From the NCBI GenBank assembly GCA_044229145.1, contig JBGATO010000028.1, positions 1 to 48,261 on the forward strand: DNA of 48,261 bases, given 5' to 3'. A program made the translations under genes and the position numbers. The notes under the pieces are model-generated. The model made no database searches. It saw only the letters and a program-made list of their open reading frames with translations, and was not told the origin of the DNA. This document shows, piece after piece, positions 35,838 to 45,301 of the stretch. The stretch is from Candidatus Eiseniibacteriota bacterium (GTDB taxonomy: Bacteria > Eisenbacteria > RBG-16-71-46 > CAZEPH01). Numbering within the stretch: position 1 is the first letter of the stretch; every line of letters starts with the position of its first letter.

Positions 35838-38800
35838 TCACGCCGCCCGCGTCGCCGCCGCGCCGCCGCGCACGCGATGCACCAGCAGATAGAACGCCGG
35901 CAGCGCGAACAGCGTGAACAGCGTCGACGTCACCAATCCTCCCACCATCACCACCGCCAGCGGCCGTTCGATCTCGGTGCCGTGCAGGTGCAGCACGAGC
36001 AGCGGCAGCAGGCCGAGGATCGCCGTCGCCGCGGTCATCACCTTGGGCCGCACGCGGCCGATGCTCGCCTCGCGCACGGCGTCGGCGAAGCCGTGTCCCT
36101 CGAGCAGCAGCGCGCGCGTTTGCGTCACCAGCACGAGGCCGTTCTGCACCGCGATCCCAAAGAGGCCGATGAGACCGACCATCGAGGACACGTTCCACGT
36201 CTCGCCGCCGAGCGCCAGCGCCACGATGCCGCCGACGAACGCGACCGGAATCGCGCCGAGGATGACCAGCGCGTCGATCACCGAGCCGAGCGCCAGATAG
36301 AGCAGCACGAACACCGCGAACACCGCGCCGGCAATCGCGAGCGCCAAGCTGCGCGCCGCCCGTGCCTGGTTCTCGACGCGCCCGCCGATGTCCAAGAAGT
36401 ATCCGGCGGGCAGCGTGACGTCGCGCTGCACGCGTTCCTGCACCTCGTGTGCGGCGCCGCCGAGATCACGGCCGACCACGCTGGCCTCCACCGCGATGCG
36501 CCGGCTGCCCGCCTCGCGGCGAATCGCGCCCGGCCCGAACGTCTCCTCGATGTCGGCGAGTTGGCTGAGCGGCACCGGGGTGCCGTCGTGCGTGTCGACC
36601 AGTAGCGCGCGGATGGCGCGGACGTCGTGGCGTTTCGCGTCCGGCAGACGCACCGTGAGGTCGTACCGCCGCTGCCCGCGCCACACCTCCGAGACCTGCT
36701 CGCCCGCGAGGCCGACGCGCAGAGCCTCCACCACATCGCCCGGCGTCAGTCCGACGCGCGCGGCGGCGCGACGGTCGATGCTCACGCGCAATTGCGGCAG
36801 GCCGGTGACGCGTTCGGCGCGGACGTCGTCGACGCCGTCGACGCGGCGCATCACGCGCTCGACGCGCGCCGCCTGCCGCGCCAGTTCGCCGAGGTCGGGG
36901 CCGAAGATGCGCACCGAGAGATCGGCGGGGCTGCCCCCGAGCCCTTCGTCGATGCGCATGCCGAGCGGCGTCGTGAACAGCAACGCGAGGCCCGGCACGC
37001 GATCGAGCTTCTCACGCATGGCGTCTTCGAGATCGTCGAGACTGCGCGTGCGATCCGGCGCGAGCGTCACCATGATGTCGGAGACGGTGTGCGGCATCGG
37101 ATCCTCGGTGCGTTCGGCGCGGCCGGTGCGGCGCACCACGTCGCGCACGTCCGGAAAGCCGCGCAGAATCTCCTCGACACGCAGGTTGAGATGGTCGACC
37201 TCCGCGAGCGAAGCCTCCGCCGGCGCGAACGTCTGGATCAACAGCGCGCCTTCATCGAGCGCCGGCATGAAATCGGAGCCGACGCGCAACGCGAGCACGA
37301 GTGCCGCGGCGCACGTCACCGCCGCCGCGACGGCCACGCGTCCGGGCCTCCGCATGCACGCGGCGAGCCACGGCGCGTAGACCCGTTTCACCTGGCGAAT
37401 CACCCACGCATCGTCGTGCCGTGTCGCCGCAGGGGCGCGCAACACCAGTGCGCCGATCACCGGCACCACCGTCAACGCGAGCACCAAGGACGCCGCCAAC
37501 GCCGCCACCACCGCGCCGGCCAGCGGTGCGTACATGCGTCCTTCGATGCCGCCCATCGTGAAGAGCGGCAGGAACACCGCGATGACGATGCAGGTGGCGA
37601 ACGCGATCGGGCGCCCGACTTCCTGCGTCGCGCGCCGCACCGCGTCGCGGCGGGACAGCCCATCGCCGGCATCGCCGTCGCGCAACCGGTGCACGATGTT
37701 CTCGGTGACGATGATGGCCGCGTCCACCAACAAGCCCACCGCGATCGCCAGACCGCCGAGCGTCATCGTGTTGAGTCCGACCCCGAGCGGACGCAGGAGC
37801 AATCCCGCGAGGCCGATCGACAGCGGGAGCGTGAAGGTCACCAGAAGCGCGGCGCGCAGATCGCCGAGCAAGAGGAAGATCACGAGCACGACGAAGATCG
37901 CGCCGAGCGCGATCGCGCGCCCGACGCCGCCGAGTGCGCCGGCGATGAGATCGGACTGATCGTAGACGACGCGCAGATGCACGCCCGGTGGCAATGCGCG
38001 CCGCACGCCGTCGAGCGCCGCGCGGACGCCGGCAGCGACTTCCTGCGTGTTGGCGCCGAACTGCTTGGTCACGCGGCAACTCACGACTTCGGAGTGGCCT
38101 GCGTGCGCGAGGCCGCGCCGCACCGCTGGCGCTTCGACGACGTCCGCGACGTCGCGCAGCAGGATCGCCGTCTCGCCGCGCACCGCGACGACGGTGTGGG
38201 CGATGTCGGCCGCCGATGTCGCGCGGCCGACCACCTGCACCGACCACTCCATCGGGCCATCGGTCACCACGCCGCCAGCCGCGTTGAGGTTGGCGTCGTG
38301 GACTGCGTGCAGGATGTCGTCGAGCGACACCCGCCGTGCCGCCATGCGATGCGGATCGATCTGCACTTGGAACTCGCGCAGGCCGCCGCCGAGCCGCTCG
38401 ACCGCCGCGACGCCCGGCACCGCGAGCAGCCGGTTCTTGACGTCGAACTCCGCGAGATCGGCGAGCGTCATCGCGTCCGCCGCACCGGCGTCCGCATCCA
38501 GCGTGAACTCGAAGATCTCGTTGAGACGGCCGGTGAGGCTCGACACCAATGGCGTCTCGGTGCCCGGCGGCAGCGTCGACGCCGCCTGGGCGATGCGCTC
38601 CGACACCAACTGCCGCGCGCGGAAGTAGTCCGCCGACGGCTCGAACTCGATCGTCACCTGACACACGCCGAGCTGCGACGCGGAGCGCACGCGCCGCACG
38701 TCCGGCAAGCCGGCGGTTGCCGCCTCGAGGGGCACCGCGATGCCGGTTTCGAGTTCCTCCGCGCCCATCGCCGGATTCTGGACGATGACGTTGAACACCG

Positions 38801-38933
38801 GCGCCGAGAGATCGGGGAACACGTCGCGGCGCAATTGCGTGAGCCACACGACGCCGAGCGCGACCGCCGCCGCGGCGCACGCCAGCGTCAGACCGCGATG
38901 CGCGAAGGCCGCGCGAAGAAGGGCTGCGAGCAT
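35838..38933 (-). CDS. czcA: CusA/CzcA-family heavy-metal RND efflux permease
   Basis: DVFPDL, NTMTLGGLAIAVGLLVDAAIIVTEN, GIEGRMY.PLA, FMPALDEG, RPKVMTA and RPLAVV..GGL.TST. Confidence 0.93.
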   Translation of the reverse strand: MLAALLRAAFAHRGLTLACAAAAVALGVVWLTQLRRDVFPDLSAPVFNVIVQNPAMGAEELETGIAVPLEAATAGLPDVRRVRSASQLGVCQVTIEFEPSADYFRARQLVSERIAQAASTLPPGTETPLVSSLTGRLNEIFEFTLDADAGAADAMTLADLAEFDVKNRLLAVPGVAAVERLGGGLREFQVQIDPHRMAARRVSLDDILHAVHDANLNAAGGVVTDGPMEWSVQVVGRATSAADIAHTVVAVRGETAILLRDVADVVEAPAVRRGLAHAGHSEVVSCRVTKQFGANTQEVAAGVRAALDGVRRALPPGVHLRVVYDQSDLIAGALGGVGRAIALGAIFVVLVIFLLLGDLRAALLVTFTLPLSIGLAGLLLRPLGVGLNTMTLGGLAIAVGLLVDAAIIVTENIVHRLRDGDAGDGLSRRDAVRRATQEVGRPIAFATCIVIAVFLPLFTMGGIEGRMYAPLAGAVVAALAASLVLALTVVPVIGALVLRAPAATRHDDAWVIRQVKRVYAPWLAACMRRPGRVAVAAAVTCAAALVLALRVGSDFMPALDEGALLIQTFAPAEASLAEVDHLNLRVEEILRGFPDVRDVVRRTGRAERTEDPMPHTVSDIMVTLAPDRTRSLDDLEDAMREKLDRVPGLALLFTTPLGMRIDEGLGGSPADLSVRIFGPDLGELARQAARVERVMRRVDGVDDVRAERVTGLPQLRVSIDRRAAARVGLTPGDVVEALRVGLAGEQVSEVWRGQRRYDLTVRLPDAKRHDVRAIRALLVDTHDGTPVPLSQLADIEETFGPGAIRREAGSRRIAVEASVVGRDLGGAAHEVQERVQRDVTLPAGYFLDIGGRVENQARAARSLALAIAGAVFAVFVLLYLALGSVIDALVILGAIPVAFVGGIVALALGGETWNVSSMVGLIGLFGIAVQNGLVLVTQTRALLLEGHGFADAVREASIGRVRPKVMTAATAILGLLPLLVLHLHGTEIERPLAVVMVGGLVTSTLFTLFALPAFYLLVHRVRGGAAATRAA

Positions 38934-38936
38934 CGG

Positions 38937-40085
38937 CTAGTCCTCCTCGCCCATGGCGCCGCTGGCCTTCTCGGCTTCCGCCTTGAGCAGGAACGCGCCG
39001 GAGACTACGACGCGGTCGCCGGCGCGCACGCCGCCGAGGATTTCGACTTCGTCGCCCAGATCGCGGCCGCGGCGCACTTCGCGCAGCACGAACCGCCCGT
39101 CGCCCGCCGGGACGAAGACGTGCCACGCGTCGCCGACGTGCTGCAGCGCTTCCGCGGGCACCGCGAGCACCGAATCGGCGCCGCTGGCGACGATCACCGA
39201 GGCGGTGGCGGTCATGCCCGGCCGCAGCGGCTGCATCGACGCGTCGAACGTCACGCGCACCGGAATGCTGCGTGACACCGGATCCACCGCCTGTCCGACA
39301 AGCGCGACACGCCCGGCGAACGCCTCACCCGGAAACGCGTCGAGCGCGATGCGCGCTTCGGCGCCGGCGCGCAGGCGCACCGCGTCGCGCTCCGCGGCGT
39401 GCAACACGAGCCACGGATGCGCGAGGTCGCCGATCGCACACAGGACGTGCGACGGCTCGACGAGCTGCCCGCGCATGGCGTCACGCTCGATCACGGTGCC
39501 GGCGAGCGGCGCGCGTAGCGTGAACGTCGGGCCGGCGGCGTCGAGTGCGTCGTCGACTCCGTAGGCCTCGAGCGCGCCACGCGCCGCCTGCAGTGTGGCG
39601 TCGGCCTCCTGCGCCGCGGCTTCGGCCTCTTCGAGATCGCGTCCGGAGGCGATGCGATCGCCCGCCAGTCCGCGCGCCCGGGTGAGTGCCGCCTGCGCCT
39701 GCGTCGCCCGCGCCCGTGCCGCCGCGAACGCGGCGCGCGCCTGCCCGAGTTCGGCGCTTTGCAGCACGACGAGCGCATCGCCCGCCCGCACCGCCTGGCC
39801 CGGCTCGACGAGCACGCGCACGACGCGCGCCGCCACCGGTGCGCTCACCGCCGCGTAGGCGGACTCGTTGACGTGCACGTCGCCGAGCAGGACGACGCGA
39901 TCGCCCGCCGGGCGCCGCGCGACCACCGCGGTGGTGAGGTGGAGGTCGGGCAGCATCTCCGCGTCGACGTGCAGGAGGCTGTCGGCGGCCGCGGTCTCGG
40001 CTGTCTCCGCTTCGCCGCCGCCGCCGCCACCGCATCCGGCGAACGCGAGACTGAGCGCGAGGAGAATCGTGATCGATCGCATCAT
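38937..40085 (-). CDS. czcB: RND efflux periplasmic adaptor (CzcB/CusB family), lipoprotein
   Basis: Lipobox FAG-C, biotinyl-like halves (GQAVRAGD and LRAPLAGTV), LRPGM and GDRVV..GAF.L. Confidence 0.9.
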   Translation of the reverse strand: MMRSITILLALSLAFAGCGGGGGGEAETAETAAADSLLHVDAEMLPDLHLTTAVVARRPAGDRVVLLGDVHVNESAYAAVSAPVAARVVRVLVEPGQAVRAGDALVVLQSAELGQARAAFAAARARATQAQAALTRARGLAGDRIASGRDLEEAEAAAQEADATLQAARGALEAYGVDDALDAAGPTFTLRAPLAGTVIERDAMRGQLVEPSHVLCAIGDLAHPWLVLHAAERDAVRLRAGAEARIALDAFPGEAFAGRVALVGQAVDPVSRSIPVRVTFDASMQPLRPGMTATASVIVASGADSVLAVPAEALQHVGDAWHVFVPAGDGRFVLREVRRGRDLGDEVEILGGVRAGDRVVVSGAFLLKAEAEKASGAMGEED

Positions 40086-41304
40086 GGCTGGACTCCTGCG
40101 CGCACGCGCACGGTGAGGGCGGCGAGCGCCGCCGCTTCGAGGTGATCGAGGAGGGCGAGGCGCGTGTCGAGCGCTTCACGTCGCATCAGCATTGCGTCGG
40201 CGAGCCCGATCTGCCCGGCCGCGTAGGCGCGGTGCACGCCGCGGTCGACTTCGGCGAGCGCCGGCAGCGCGGACTGCGTGAGGTCGTCGAGCAGCGCGCG
40301 GCGCTCGTCGTAGGCGACGTACGCGGCGCGTACCTCGGTGTCCGCCGCCCGCGCGCGCGAGGCCGCCGCGGCCTCGAGCGCTTCCGCGTGCGCCGCTGCC
40401 GCCGCGTGCGTGCCGCCGCCGCGATCGAACAGTGGCACCGCGAGGCCGATCGCCCCGCGCCGGATCGCCGCGTCGTCCTCGCGGCCGCTTTCGAACGACA
40501 GCGTGAGGTCGGGAACCCACGCGTGCGCGGCGAGTCCGCGCTCGGCGCGTGCCTGCGCCGCCTGCGCGCGGGCCGCCACGACATCCGCGCGCTCCGCCGT
40601 CCGCGCCAACAGCGAGTCGAGCGGCGGCACCGGCAACAGCGTCAGGTCACCCTCGAGCGTCACCGGCGCGTCGGCCGGCAGGTCGAGCGCGACGCGCAGC
40701 GTGCCGAGGTCAGCCGCGAGCGCCGCCGCTGCCGCCGCGCGATCGCCGCGCGCCCGCGCCGCCGCGCGCGCGCCAGCGCGACATCGAGCGCCCCGAGGTC
40801 CGCCGCCGCTGCCCGCCGTTCGGCGACGCGCGCGAGATCGAGCGCCACGCTCTCGGCCGCCGCCGCGATCGCCAACCGCTCCTCATCCGCCCGCGCCGCG
40901 AGGAACGCCCCGCCCGCCACGAGCGCCGCCTGCGCGGATGCCTCGCCGTGCAGTGCCGCCGCCTCCGCGAGTCCCGCCCGCGCCGCCGCGCGCCGCGTCC
41001 CGCGCTGGCCGGCCAACTCCACCGTCTGACTGACGCCCCACAGGTGCTCGCGGGCGTCCGTGCCGTCGCGCCGGCGACGTCCCACGCTGACGTCGACAGT
41101 CGGATTGTCGCGCAGCCACGGCGCGGCGGCGTCGAGACGGCCGCGCGCTTCCTCCACGGTGGCGCGGGCCGCCACCACCTCCGGCGCGTGGCTCCGCGCG
41201 CGGCTCACTGCTTCGGACAACGTCAGAGCACGCGTCGCCCCGGCGAGCGGCGCACAACACGCCACCACGCACGCGGCCACGGCGCCGACGAACGGTCGGA
41301 CCAT
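40082..41304 (-). pseudogene. czcC: TolC/CzcC-family outer-membrane channel, frameshifted at a (CG)5 tract near 40763-40773
   Basis: The N-terminal half (LTLSEAV..A...P, SQTVELAGQR) and the C-terminal half (R.DV.AA, PDLTL, VPLFDR, YAAGQI) are in different frames. Removing one CG unit restores a single ORF. Confidence 0.8.
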
Positions 41305-41383
41305 GACATCCTCACGGGAAGATCAGCACGGGAACGAGACCGCGCGCGACGGCGCGGCTCAGCACGGCAACGAGGCGAGCGGA

Positions 41384-41671
41384 CTACGCTTTGGGAACGT
41401 GCAGGATGTCCCGCGCGACGGCGGGCAACGCGAGGTCGTCGATGCAGTGGCAGTGGCCACAGACGCTCACCGCGGGCGCCGCCACGGGCGTGGGCAGCGC
41501 GGAGGTCGCGGCGGGGGACACCGCGGTGCAGACGGTGCAGGCCGGCGGGCACTCACCGCTCGTGTGGTCGAGCGGGCACACGTCGGCACACGCCTCGCCC
41601 GGGGCGAGAACGGGAAGACCGACGGCCAGCGCCAGAACGCCGAGCAACAGGATGGTGAGGAAGGCGCGCAT
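41384..41671 (-). CDS. Small Cys/His-rich exported protein upstream of czcCBA (CzcI/DUF2946-like)
   Basis: GGAG RBS, hydrophobic N-terminus, CxxxC, CxxxCxxC, CGHCHC and a C-terminal ILHVPK. Confidence 0.6.
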   Translation of the reverse strand: MRAFLTILLLGVLALAVGLPVLAPGEACADVCPLDHTSGECPPACTVCTAVSPAATSALPTPVAAPAVSVCGHCHCIDDLALPAVARDILHVPKA

Positions 41672-41850
41672 CTCCCCGATGCTGCCAGAGGCGGCGGATT
41701 CCGGCAAGCGCCGGCCGGCTCCGCGGGTGTCACAGGTCGCCTTGACGGTGGACAGGACGAGGGACTGAAATTGTCCGAGGATGTCTATGCGATGTCACCG
41801 CGTCCGGCCCTCGGGCGCCGTGACGATCGTCCGCCGTCGAGAGGTGTCCT

Positions 41851-44169
41851 ATGTTGCCGTCCGTTTCCGTCCGCCGCGCGTGCCGCGGCACCCGTCTGGT
41901 GCTCACCGCGCTCGTCGCATGCGCGCTCGCCGTTCCTGCCCACGCCCAACGAGGGGCACACTGGACGTCCTGGCTGACCGCGCCGGGAGTGAATGGCTAC
42001 ATTCTGGACGCCGTGCCGTCGGAGGATGGCCTCGTCGTCGCGGGCGCGTTTTCGAGCATAACGGGCCGGCCGATGGGTCCCGTCGTGCGGTTCGACGGCA
42101 CGCGGTGGGAGAGCATCGGCGCGCTGCCCGGCGAACAGGTGGTCGATCTGGCGTTCGCCGGTGGAACGTGGGTCGCGTCCACGCAGTCGGTCGACACCCG
42201 CGTGTCGGCACCGCGGATCGTGCGGTGGGACGGTGGCGCGTGGCGTCCGCTCGGCAGCCGCGACAGGGCGTCCCAGTTGCTCGTCGTGGGATCGGCGTTG
42301 TGCGCATTCGACGGTCAGGTGCTCTGGCGCTGGTCGGGCGTGGCGTGGGACACGCTCACGGTGTCTCCCGGCGCGAGGTATTCCTCGGCGATGGAGTGCG
42401 GCGGCCAGCTCTTCGCCCTACTCCGCAGCGAGCCGCCGCGGAACTCTTCGGCGCTCGCGCCGCGCGCGATCGTCGCGTGGGCCGGCGCGCAGTGGCAAAC
42501 CCTGCCGCCCCTGTACGGGTACCTCGAGTCCCTCGAAGACGTGGGCGGCGTCCTCTACGCCATCGGCGCCCTCAGCGACGGCGCCGTGTCGGAGTGGCCG
42601 CCAACCCGCACGTATGCCTGGCGGGACGGCGCATGGCACGAGACGCCGTGGGTCTGGGCCTACCGCGTCGTGGGCCAGGATGGCCCCGGTGCGTGCTTCG
42701 CCACGCGGGGCGATTCGCTGTGGCGCGTCACCGCGGACGCGCCGTCCTCCCCGACGCTGGTCGCCGCATCGTGCGGTTACGGCGCTGTGGTGCGTTGGCG
42801 CGGTGACGTCTACCAGGTCGACGCGCACGATCTCGCTCGTCTGGAGGGAGCCGCGTGGAGGCGCCTGTCGCCCGACGGCCACGGGATGTGGGGCAACGCG
42901 CTCGCCGTGCGCGCGCTCGACGGATCCCTGTTGGTAGGCGCGGGCCTGTGTTCGAGTCGCCAAGTGCCAGACATCGGCCGCTGGGACGGGACGACCTTCA
43001 CGGCCATGCCGCTGAACGGCGGCGGCATGTGCACGACCTTCGCGTCCGACGCCGGATCCGTCTACGCCGGCGGGCGATTCGGCCTGCGCGAGCCGGAAGG
43101 GCCGCTCTACCCCAGCGTGCTGCGCTGGTCCGCCGCCAGCCTCGCCGACACCGCGGGCCGCTGGCGGCCGCTCGGCGGGCTCGGCGGCACCTGCTACGCG
43201 CTGACCACGGACGGCGGCGCCCTGTGTGCCGGCGGCGCGTTCGGCGTGTTTTGGGGCGACGACGCGCAAAACGTCCAGCGGTGGGACGGCCAGACCTGGA
43301 CGCCGCTCGGAGGCGTCTTCGACGACGACGTGTTCGCGCTCGGTGTGTTCGGCGGCCAGCTGATCGCCGGCGGGCGTTTCACCCACATCGACGGGCAGCC
43401 GGTTGCGCGCATCGCGGCGTGGGACGGCAGCGCGTGGCGGCAACTCGGACGCGGTATCGACGGCGACGTCAACACGCTGCTGGTGCACGACGGCGTGCTC
43501 TACGCCGGCGGACGCTTCGATCATGCGGACGGCGCGCCGGCGCATTCGATCGCTGCGTGGGACGGGCACGCGTGGGCGGCGCTCGGCGCGGACCCGCTGC
43601 AGGGCCGCGTGTGGTCGCTCGCCGCATACAACGGTTCGGTCATCGCCGCAGGCAGTCTGCGGCTCACACTGCCCGGCGACGTCACGCTCGGCATCGCGCG
43701 CTGGACCGGGCGCGAGTGGCGCTCGATGGATGGCGGCATCCCCGGCTCCGTCAACGACCTCGCGGTGTGGGGCACCACCCTCGTCGTGGCGGGCGAACTC
43801 GACCTCGAGAGCGGGTACGCCCCGCCCGCGTTCGCCACCTGGGACGACATGCCGGCGCATGCGGTGGACGGCACCGCGCCGCGCCTCACCGTGCCGGGGC
43901 CGAGCCCCATCGTGCGGGTCACCGCGTCGGGCGGCGGTGGCGCGTGCCTCGCGGTCTACCTGCCGCAGGCCGCGGCGGTGCAGCTCGACGTCCTCGACGT
44001 GCGCGGCGCCCGCGTGGCACGTCTGCTCGACGGTCCGTGCCCCGCCGGCCACATGGCGTTCGACTGGCCCACGGGTGCCGAGGCGCGGCCGGTGCGCTCC
44101 GGCGTGTACTGGGTCCGGATGGCCGCGGGGGCGACGGAGGTGAAGAGGAAGATCTTGGTGGTGAAGTAG
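41851..44169 (+). CDS. Secreted WDG-repeat beta-propeller protein with C-terminal FlgD-Ig/T9SS-like domain
   Basis: GAGG RBS, signal peptide and many AGG.F...IA.WDG..W repeats like those of 12728..14083. CTD: VLDVRGARV...SGVY. Confidence 0.8.
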   Translation: MLPSVSVRRACRGTRLVLTALVACALAVPAHAQRGAHWTSWLTAPGVNGYILDAVPSEDGLVVAGAFSSITGRPMGPVVRFDGTRWESIGALPGEQVVDLAFAGGTWVASTQSVDTRVSAPRIVRWDGGAWRPLGSRDRASQLLVVGSALCAFDGQVLWRWSGVAWDTLTVSPGARYSSAMECGGQLFALLRSEPPRNSSALAPRAIVAWAGAQWQTLPPLYGYLESLEDVGGVLYAIGALSDGAVSEWPPTRTYAWRDGAWHETPWVWAYRVVGQDGPGACFATRGDSLWRVTADAPSSPTLVAASCGYGAVVRWRGDVYQVDAHDLARLEGAAWRRLSPDGHGMWGNALAVRALDGSLLVGAGLCSSRQVPDIGRWDGTTFTAMPLNGGGMCTTFASDAGSVYAGGRFGLREPEGPLYPSVLRWSAASLADTAGRWRPLGGLGGTCYALTTDGGALCAGGAFGVFWGDDAQNVQRWDGQTWTPLGGVFDDDVFALGVFGGQLIAGGRFTHIDGQPVARIAAWDGSAWRQLGRGIDGDVNTLLVHDGVLYAGGRFDHADGAPAHSIAAWDGHAWAALGADPLQGRVWSLAAYNGSVIAAGSLRLTLPGDVTLGIARWTGREWRSMDGGIPGSVNDLAVWGTTLVVAGELDLESGYAPPAFATWDDMPAHAVDGTAPRLTVPGPSPIVRVTASGGGGACLAVYLPQAAAVQLDVLDVRGARVARLLDGPCPAGHMAFDWPTGAEARPVRSGVYWVRMAAGATEVKRKILVVK

Positions 44170-44256
44170 TCACGAATCGTGTGGGGCGCGGTTCAGAGTC
44201 CGTTGCAGCGTTCGTGCATCGCGCGTCGGCACGGCCCCGCGTCGACCATCGGCGAT

Positions 44257-44286
44257 TTGAACCGTCCCCGCGCGATGCGGTATACT
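44257..44286 (+). promoter_or_regulatory. Sigma70-type promoter TTGAAC-N18-TATACT
   Basis: Near-consensus hexamers about 60 nt upstream of the ATG at 44348, with matching architecture at 45195 and 46037. Confidence 0.55.
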
Positions 44287-44347
44287 CGCGCTTCTTCCCC
44301 TTCCGCGACACGCAACCTTCGACCCGACATCTTCGAGAGGGGCCCTC

Positions 44348-45115
44348 ATGTTTCGACGCCTCATGGCGGCGCTTGCCGTCGCCTGCCTTCTGCCGCTCGC
44401 CGCGCAAGCCGCGCCCAGCGGAGCCATCGCCCACTGGAGTTTCGACGACGGCACCGGCACCGACAACACCGGCAACGGCCACGACGGCGTCAACTTCGGC
44501 TGCACGTCCGTACCCGGCGCCGTCGGCGACGGGATGCAGATCCAAGGATTCCAGTACCTGCAAGTGGCGAACGACCCGGCGCTCAATCCCACCACCGGCA
44601 TCACCGTCGCCGCGTGGTATCGCCCGGTGGCGTTCTCGGGCAGCGGCAACGACCCGATCGTCGACAAGGGCTACAGCGCCCACAGTTGGCCCTACTACCA
44701 GTATCACCTCGGTGTCTCCGGCGTGAATTACCCGCACGCGCCCGGCAACTTCGCCTTCAACCTCGCGATCGACGGGGCGCCGCAGGGCGCCGGCACCAGC
44801 GCGTTCGGGATGCAGCCCGGCGTCTGGTATCACGTCGCCGGCACCTACGACGGCGCCTTCCTGCGCTTCTACGTGAACGGCGTCGTGGTCAACTCGCAGC
44901 CCATGACCGGGACGTTGAGCACGTTCCCGACCGCGGTGCGCCTCGGCGCGTTCGACAATCTCTCGTTCGCGGTGCAGGGGACGATCGACGAGGTGTGGAT
45001 CTATGGGCGCGGCTTGAGCGCGGGCGAAGTGCAGGAACTGTACAACCCGCTCGCCACGCCGACGCAGCCGACGACGTGGGGGACGATGAAGGCTCTGTAC
45101 GTCGACCGGCGCTAG
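44348..45115 (+). CDS. Secreted LamG (concanavalin A-like) domain protein with C-terminal TWG..K.LY tail
   Basis: Signal peptide, AHWSFDD..D.TGNGHDG, WYHVAGTYDG...YVNG and GTIDEVWIY. Ends TPTQPTTWGTMKALYVDRR. Confidence 0.88.
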   Translation: MFRRLMAALAVACLLPLAAQAAPSGAIAHWSFDDGTGTDNTGNGHDGVNFGCTSVPGAVGDGMQIQGFQYLQVANDPALNPTTGITVAAWYRPVAFSGSGNDPIVDKGYSAHSWPYYQYHLGVSGVNYPHAPGNFAFNLAIDGAPQGAGTSAFGMQPGVWYHVAGTYDGAFLRFYVNGVVVNSQPMTGTLSTFPTAVRLGAFDNLSFAVQGTIDEVWIYGRGLSAGEVQELYNPLATPTQPTTWGTMKALYVDRR

Positions 45116-45132
45116 TCGACGCCGCTGTGCGC
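45069..45132 (+). repeat. 64-bp direct repeat, copy 1 (gene 3' end, stop codon and downstream)
   Basis: 61/64 identical to 45918..45981. Contains CGTCGAC-N8-GTCGACG over the TAG. Confidence 0.9.
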
Positions 45133-45194
45133 CCCCCGCGCCCGGCCCGCCTGGGGATTCCCACGGCAGACGGGGCGTCGGGAGCGACGGACGC

Positions 45195-45224
45195 TTGAGC
45201 GGACGGCCACTCGTTGCCTACACT
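45195..45224 (+). promoter_or_regulatory. Sigma70-type promoter TTGAGC-N18-TACACT
   Basis: Same spacing and trailing CG as the promoters at 44257 and 46037. Confidence 0.5.
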
Positions 45225-45301
45225 CGAGGAACATCTGCGGACTTGCACCGGGCGCCTCGTGCCGGTGCAGCCGCATTCCCTCTCATCTTGCTGAGGACAC
45301 C

